Position numbers and translations under genes: made by a program. The notes beneath the pieces were generated by a model that had not been told where the DNA came from, made no database searches, and worked only from the letters and a program-made list of their open reading frames with translations. From positions 1 through 12,442 of the forward strand of contig JBIOKB010000026.1 of NCBI GenBank assembly GCA_044451405.1: a stretch of 12,442 nucleotides of DNA, in the 5' to 3' direction. Shown piece by piece: positions 7,838 through 12,442 of the stretch (positions are counted from its first letter, which is position 1; each line of letters opens with the position of its first letter). Source of the DNA: Candidatus Babeliales bacterium (GTDB lineage: Bacteria > Babelota > Babeliae > Babelales > Vermiphilaceae).

Positions 7838-8323
7838 TTACGACTTTTTTTCTTCCCGTTTTTCTGTGGGAGTAGTTATAGGAGTCGTATTGCCCCAATA
7901 TATTTCATCAGCAAGCCTGAAAGCTTCTAGGACTTCTTTGAGATCAGTATCTTCTGGTGTGAAGTTTGGAAGTAGTGGATGTTCTGGAATATCAGGCACA
8001 TTTTCGGCTACATAAGCGTTTATAACATCTCGAAGTGGTTTAGGTAAATGTAGTTCAGGTGTGTCGAAGAAAACTTCTTCTAATTTTTGTGCACGTTTTT
8101 TCTTCTCGGCTTCATTTTCATAGTGTACTAACGAGCGGCAGGTAGTTAAGAAAATGTTATTAAAAGGAGTGAATACTTTTCCAAGTCTTGCATGTATATA
8201 CGTTTCATAGGTCCCTTTAAGTATGAGTTTATTCAGATTCTCTTTTAGATAGTTCTGTTCTAACTTTTTCCCACGCGTAAACTTCTTTAAATTCTGAATC
8301 AGCAGAAATGGAATTATTTGAAT
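7838..8323 (-). pseudogene. Startless 161-codon open frame; probable out-of-frame C-terminal half of the 8229-8813 gene
   Basis: Manual translation is stop-free from 8323 to TAA 7840-7838: ...KLEQNYLKENLNKLILKGTYETYIHARLGKVFTPFNNIFLTTCRSLVHYENEAEKKKRAQKLEEVFFDTPELHLPKPLRDVINAYVAENVPDIPEHPLLPNFTPEDTDLKEVLEAFRLADEIYWGNTTPITTPTEKREEKKS*. It has no ATG, overlaps the upstream ORF by 95 nt in the +1 frame, and fills an otherwise empty ~390-nt gap. Confidence 0.72.
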
Positions 8324-8813
8324 TTACATAACCATATACTTTTTTTAAGAGTCTTTTTTGTTGTGCATGGGCAAACTTTCTATTTGCTTTATAAAGTTCT
8401 TCTTTGCCCATGGTTTTTGTACATCGAGTGAAAGTAGCAGAATACTCTTTTTCTAACAGGTTAACTTCTTCTTCACCTTGGGCTGCCGCTTGAGCAAGGT
8501 CTTTTTTGCGTTGTTCAAATTCATCGGATGATTCATCTTTATAGCCGATAATAAGACTGTTATTGAATCTTATAGGATTTCTCCACGCATTAATAAAACA
8601 CTGCTTGTTATGGATTAAATATACAATTGAAGCGAGATCCGTTTTGCATGATGTTTTTGATGATTTGTGGATCCTACTACTAAAGCAGGCTTTTATTAAT
8701 CTGGCGCTTGCAGTATCACTTATAAATCGTTCTGTTTCTATTTCACTACCAAAACTGGCAGATGTTATTGCTAAACTTAATAACAAAAAAACTTTATTTA
8801 TATGTAATTTCAT
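8229..8813 (-). CDS. Hypothetical secreted protein, 194 aa as read (about 324 aa if the frameshift is repaired)
   Basis: Signal-peptide-like MKLHINKVFLLLSLAITSASFG|SE; AAAGAGG upstream of the ATG; AT-rich. No family recognised. Confidence 0.78.
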   Translation of the reverse strand: MKLHINKVFLLLSLAITSASFGSEIETERFISDTASARLIKACFSSRIHKSSKTSCKTDLASIVYLIHNKQCFINAWRNPIRFNNSLIIGYKDESSDEFEQRKKDLAQAAAQGEEEVNLLEKEYSATFTRCTKTMGKEELYKANRKFAHAQQKRLLKKVYGYVNSNNSISADSEFKEVYAWEKVRTELSKRESE

Positions 8814-8840
8814 CTAAACCTCTTTAGAATTTCCAAAGAT

Positions 8841-9242
8841 CTACTCTGTATCCTTACAGCACTCTTCACTTTCTTCACATTCCTCACACTCTTCCTCATC
8901 TTCATCCATCTCCATAGCTTCAATCACTTCATAAAGCTCATTTGCTACATCATCCCAGATCACTGAATCAGCAATCACGGTCAGTGCGCGGCTCAAGTAT
9001 TGTTCAGCTTTTTGTGAATCAGTTTCGATAAGGGCTTTTAAGTAGAGTTCGGTGCCCGCTTCATGGACGGTTGCGCTCATTTTAGTAGCAAAACTAGAAT
9101 TGCTTTCATAGAGTGCTGAGAGCTCATCATCAGGACATTCTTCAATAAGCTTGGTAATTTGTTCATAAAATTGTTCTTGCTGTTTTTCATCAGCTTGACG
9201 GTGCGCTTGGAAGGTAAGTAACGCAAGTGAATTGTAGTCCAT
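8841..9242 (-). CDS. Hypothetical highly acidic helical protein with Glu/Cys-rich tail, 133 aa
   Basis: TAAGGGG four bases before the ATG; about 37 D/E versus 8 K/R by hand count; TPR-like helix KAEQYLSRAL; tail DEDEEECEECEESEECCKDTE. Confidence 0.82.
   Translation of the reverse strand: MDYNSLALLTFQAHRQADEKQQEQFYEQITKLIEECPDDELSALYESNSSFATKMSATVHEAGTELYLKALIETDSQKAEQYLSRALTVIADSVIWDDVANELYEVIEAMEMDEDEEECEECEESEECCKDTE
8859..8894 (-). repeat. Imperfect 9-nt tandem repeat x4 encoding EEC-EEC-EES-EEC
   Basis: Minus strand: GAAGAGTGT GAGGAATGT GAAGAAAGT GAAGAGTGC. Confidence 0.7.
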
Positions 9243-9289
9243 GAGACCCCTTAATGTATGGTTAGAATAATATCCCTTATTAGATAGAA

Positions 9290-9325
9290 CTAGTATAGCA
9301 GAATAACGGCTAACTGCTATACTGG
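9290..9325. promoter_or_regulatory. Inverted repeat forming back-to-back extended -10 promoters (TGcTATACT on each strand)
   Basis: AGTATAGCAG (9292-9301), 12-nt spacer, CTGCTATACT (9314-9323): a perfect 10-bp inverted repeat. Each arm reads TG-C-TATACT pointing at one of the two divergent genes. Confidence 0.68.
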
Positions 9326-9353
9326 GGCACTCTATTACACTAAGGGAGATACC

Positions 9354-10757
9354 ATGATTGATACCATTTTTAGAGAATATGATATCCGCGGTAAGGTAGG
9401 CACCGAATTTATTATTAGTGAGGTGTACCCGTTAACCCAGGCAATTGTCTACTATTTTAAGCAGCACAAGCCATCGGTTAAAACGGTGGCAGTGGGTATG
9501 GATGCGCGTACCACGTCTCCTCAGATTAAAGATGAGGTTATACGAGCGCTGACCGATAGTGGCCTTGATGTACTATTTATTGGCATCTGCCCGACTCCCG
9601 TCCTTTATTTTGCCTTATATACCCAGCCAGTCGATGCGGGCATCATGATTACCGCATCCCACAATCCTCCGGAATACAACGGCCTTAAGCTGTGCCTGGG
9701 CAAACATTCAGTCTGGGGATTACAGGTTGCAGAAATTTGTGATCTCTATAAACAAGGAGCCAAGCTCCCCGCATCAACCCAAGGATCGGTAACTGATCAA
9801 CCCCTGATCCCCTTATATGTTGAATGGCTTGCTGACCATTTTAAAGATTTACACGCTATGCAACTCTCAGCCGTTGTTGATTGTGGTAATGGTACTGCCG
9901 GTACGGTGATGCCCCTATTAGTGCAAGCGATGGGATGGCATCACGTTCAGTTATTGTATGCAGAGGTAGATGGTACGTGTCCTAACCATGAAGCAGATCC
10001 GGTTAAAGAGAAAAATATGCAGGAGGTAAAGCAGGTGCTTGCAACAACTGATATTCAGGTTGGCATCGGCTTTGATGGGGATGTTGACCGCATGGCCCCC
10101 ATGACCAAACAGGGATTTTTAGTACCGGGCGACCAACTCTTAGCACTCTTTAGTCAGCAGGTGCTCAACGAGCATCCCGGAGCTCCAATTGTGGTTGATA
10201 TTAAAAGTTCTGCAGGATTACTTGATCTTTTGCAGGAATGGGGAGCGCAGACGGTACTTTCACCCTCCGGGCACGCCATTATTAAAGATCAGATGCGCAA
10301 GCATCATGCATTGCTTGGTGGCGAATTAAGTTGCCATTTCTTTTTTAATGACCGTTATTTTGGCTACGATGATGGTATCTATGCAGCGCTGCGGGTGTTT
10401 GAGATACTGATAAAAACGGGTAAAACACTGGATGAACTGTTGGCAATGTTCCCCAAATTATATAGTACGCCAGAATTTCGTATCCCCTGCAATGAGTCGG
10501 ATAAAAAACGCATAGTAGAGGCAGTTACGGCACTGTTTGCGCAACGGCCTGATGTTGCTATGATTACTATTGATGGTGTACGCGCACGGATGGAGTATGG
10601 CTGGGGAATTCTACGGGCATCAAATACACAGCCAGAATTGTGCCTACGCTTTGAATCGGATACACAGCAAGGATTGCAGCAGGTAAAAGAAGTTTTTTTT
10701 AATGCATTAAAGCCCTATGTTGATGCATCGCGTCTAAAGCAGCTGATTGGATTATAA
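9354..10757 (+). CDS. Phosphomannomutase/phosphoglucomutase (alpha-D-phosphohexomutase, AlgC-like PMM/PGM)
   Basis: IFREYDIRG, phosphoserine loop ITASHNPPEYNG, metal loop FDGDVDR, sugar loop GELSCHFFF, GYDDGIYA, IDGVR...GWGILRASNTQP. TAAGGGAG upstream. Confidence 0.96.
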   Translation: MIDTIFREYDIRGKVGTEFIISEVYPLTQAIVYYFKQHKPSVKTVAVGMDARTTSPQIKDEVIRALTDSGLDVLFIGICPTPVLYFALYTQPVDAGIMITASHNPPEYNGLKLCLGKHSVWGLQVAEICDLYKQGAKLPASTQGSVTDQPLIPLYVEWLADHFKDLHAMQLSAVVDCGNGTAGTVMPLLVQAMGWHHVQLLYAEVDGTCPNHEADPVKEKNMQEVKQVLATTDIQVGIGFDGDVDRMAPMTKQGFLVPGDQLLALFSQQVLNEHPGAPIVVDIKSSAGLLDLLQEWGAQTVLSPSGHAIIKDQMRKHHALLGGELSCHFFFNDRYFGYDDGIYAALRVFEILIKTGKTLDELLAMFPKLYSTPEFRIPCNESDKKRIVEAVTALFAQRPDVAMITIDGVRARMEYGWGILRASNTQPELCLRFESDTQQGLQQVKEVFFNALKPYVDASRLKQLIGL

Positions 10758-10766
10758 GGAACTCGT

Positions 10767-11591
10767 GTGAGAGCTATAGGATTACATATACGTATTACCA
10801 GTACGCTGACTGATCTTATAACCAAAGCATTGCGCTTACAGATACCATTGTTTCAATGTTTTTTTGTACAACAAACAACAGGATTACTGCTTGATCCTGA
10901 TCCTATCGACGTACAAGAATTTCTGACCGTGCGTCGTGCACACTTTAACAACCTCTATGTGCATGGTTCCTATTGGGTTAATCTTGCCAGTGTTACCATG
11001 TCCAACCATCGAATACTGCACCGTGAACTTGAACTGGCACAGAAACTTGAATTTACGCACATGATTGTGCACCCTGGATCAGCAAAAGGAGCGCATGATC
11101 GTATGGAGGGTATTGATGCACTCGCACGTACGCTCAATACCATTGCACGTAAAAACTATGGTATTAACATCATTCTTGAAAATACTGCCCATGGTAACAT
11201 GGCAATAGGCAGTGATATTACTGATTTTACGCTGTTGTTAAAAAAACTGGATAATCCAGATGCGATTAGCTTCTGTATTGATACCGCGCACGCCTATTCC
11301 TATGGGTATGATATTGTTGATCCTGCAGGACGTGAAGCTTTTATACAGCTATTAGATACCGCCATTGGGTTATCACGCATACACCTGCTCCATGTAAATG
11401 ATACGCACGAAACATTGGGATCAAAATTAGATCGGCACCAGGTTATTGGCCAAGGGAGCCTTGGTGATGATACATTAAAAGCTTTTATACAGGATGTGCG
11501 ATTGCGTACACTACCAATCATTATGGAATTACCACCGCTTGAAGAGCAGGAAGAAGTGGCAATTCTTGAAAAAGTACGGAGCTGGAAATAA
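10767..11591 (+). CDS. nfo: Endonuclease IV (AP endonuclease family 2), GTG start
   Basis: All nine trinuclear-Zn ligands are recognisable: VHGSY, HPGS, LENTA, DTAH, HVND, DRH, MELP. TAAGGA upstream. Confidence 0.9.
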   Translation: MRAIGLHIRITSTLTDLITKALRLQIPLFQCFFVQQTTGLLLDPDPIDVQEFLTVRRAHFNNLYVHGSYWVNLASVTMSNHRILHRELELAQKLEFTHMIVHPGSAKGAHDRMEGIDALARTLNTIARKNYGINIILENTAHGNMAIGSDITDFTLLLKKLDNPDAISFCIDTAHAYSYGYDIVDPAGREAFIQLLDTAIGLSRIHLLHVNDTHETLGSKLDRHQVIGQGSLGDDTLKAFIQDVRLRTLPIIMELPPLEEQEEVAILEKVRSWK

Positions 11592-11609
11592 AAAATTTGA
11601 GGAGAGTAT

Positions 11610-12442
11610 ATGATACGCATTGCAATTAACGGATTTGGCCGGATCGGGAGAAATTTTTTACGCACGTTGCTACAAGATCCACACGCACGTAACAAGGTGG
11701 ATATCGTTGCTATTAATCTTGGTCCTGCAAAAAAAGAATTTACTGCCCATATGTTCACCTATGACACACTCATGGGAACCTATCATGGGAGTGTTGCACT
11801 TGAAGGTAACGAGCTGGTCATTGATGGTAAGCGCATACAGTTATTAACAGAACTTGATCCCGTAAAACTTCCGTGGAAATCATTGAACATTGATTGGGTG
11901 GTTGAATGCACGGGACACTTTACCAAGCGTGAAGGAGCAAGTAAGCATCTGCAAGCCGGCGCTCAGTATGTGCTTATTAGTGCGCCAGCACATGATGAAG
12001 ATGTGAGCATCATCCCCGGGGTTAATGATGCGATGTTTAACGCGAGCAAGCATAAGATCGTATCTCTTGGTAGTTGTACCACCAATGCGGTGTTAACCAT
12101 GCTCAAAGTGCTCCATGATACGTTTACTATCGAACGCAGTTTCATGACCACCGTGCATGCGTACACCAATTCTCAAGTGCTCTTAGATGTTGAGGCAAAA
12201 GATTTGCGCAGATCACGCGCAGCAGCAGTTAATATCATTCCAACAACCACCGGTGCTATGAATGTGATGGGGAAAGTTATTCCTGATTTAGCAGGCTGTG
12301 TAGAAGCTATTGCAATTAGAGTGCCTGTTACAAAAGTATCGTTAATTGATCTCACCATCATCACCAAAGAATCACTCACGGTGGATGCAATCAACGCTGC
12401 ATTTACCAAAGCTGCTCATGGTCCCATGAAGGGGATTTTGGC
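11610..12442 (+). CDS. gap: Type I glyceraldehyde-3-phosphate dehydrogenase, 3'-partial; not in the ORF track
   Basis: Manual translation MIRIAINGFGRIGRNF...VVECTGHF...ISAP...GVN...SLGSCTTNA...MTTVHAYTNSQ...DLRRSRAAAVNIIPTTTGA...RVP, open to the window end. GAGGAG upstream. Confidence 0.96.
   Translation, partial: MIRIAINGFGRIGRNFLRTLLQDPHARNKVDIVAINLGPAKKEFTAHMFTYDTLMGTYHGSVALEGNELVIDGKRIQLLTELDPVKLPWKSLNIDWVVECTGHFTKREGASKHLQAGAQYVLISAPAHDEDVSIIPGVNDAMFNASKHKIVSLGSCTTNAVLTMLKVLHDTFTIERSFMTTVHAYTNSQVLLDVEAKDLRRSRAAAVNIIPTTTGAMNVMGKVIPDLAGCVEAIAIRVPVTKVSLIDLTIITKESLTVDAINAAFTKAAHGPMKGIL

Noticed and set aside
7794..8015. 73-aa plus-strand ORF from the track
   Set aside because: Ser/Gly/Val-rich antisense shadow of the longer, more protein-like minus-strand frame 7838-8323; no RBS.
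8146..8208. 20-aa minus-strand ORF MKRIYMQDLEKYSLLLITFS* with AAAGGGA upstream, as a separate gene or the true start of the 7838 frame
   Set aside because: It would need its own frameshift to join the long frame, which is already open 115 nt further upstream and overlaps the 194-aa ORF. A single frameshift of the upstream gene is simpler. Not fully excluded.
5031..9242. SMC-type anti-plasmid or anti-phage system (Wadjet, Lamassu)
   Set aside because: The ATPase has ordinary SbcC features, and its neighbours are signal-peptide or acidic proteins with no recognisable kleisin, KITE, Toprim, nuclease or protease motifs.
11300..12409. Track ORFs 11300-11758(-), 11620-11847(+), 11963-12169(-) and 12173-12409(-)
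   Set aside because: All overlap nfo or gap in other frames. The real gene is gap from 11610, which the track omitted because it has no stop in the window.
1..12442. tRNA, rRNA, CRISPR array, IS element or known riboswitch
   Set aside because: Intergenic gaps are short (at most about 110 nt once the 7838-8323 frame is counted). No cloverleaf, repeat-spacer periodicity, transposase or terminal inverted repeats were seen by eye; an Infernal/Rfam scan would be needed to exclude small RNAs.

Overview
Bacterial chromosomal window, roughly 40% GC by eye. It holds three blocks. (1) 1-4342 (+): the tail of the spc/alpha ribosomal cluster, map(5'-partial)-infA-rpmJ-rpsM-rpsK-rpsD-rpoA-rplQ. A stand-alone Nfu/NifU-C gene is appended, and the block closes at a bidirectional terminator (4365-4399). 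(2) 4412-9242 (-): an acidic Cys-tailed hypothetical, a signal-peptide protein that appears split by a one-base frameshift (its startless 161-codon second half, 7838-8323, is missing from the ORF track and carries an F-box/SOCS-box-like motif), an SbcC/Rad50 ATPase with no adjacent sbcD, and a second signal-peptide protein ending in CxxCxxC. (3) 9354-end (+): PMM/PGM, endonuclease IV and a 3'-truncated, atypical GAPDH. Blocks 2 and 3 diverge from a symmetric pair of extended -10 elements (9292-9323). rpmJ and gap are also absent from the ORF track and were translated by hand. The divergent ribosomal proteins and orphan secreted proteins suggest a reduced, host-associated lineage such as Dependentiae/Babelota (TM6); this is inference only. 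No rRNA, tRNA, CRISPR array or mobile element was seen. I found no complete novel multi-gene system. The best leads are the frameshifted effector-like gene, the uS4 with a replaced N-terminus, the altered GAPDH cofactor site and the TAAGG(GAG) ribosome-binding pattern.
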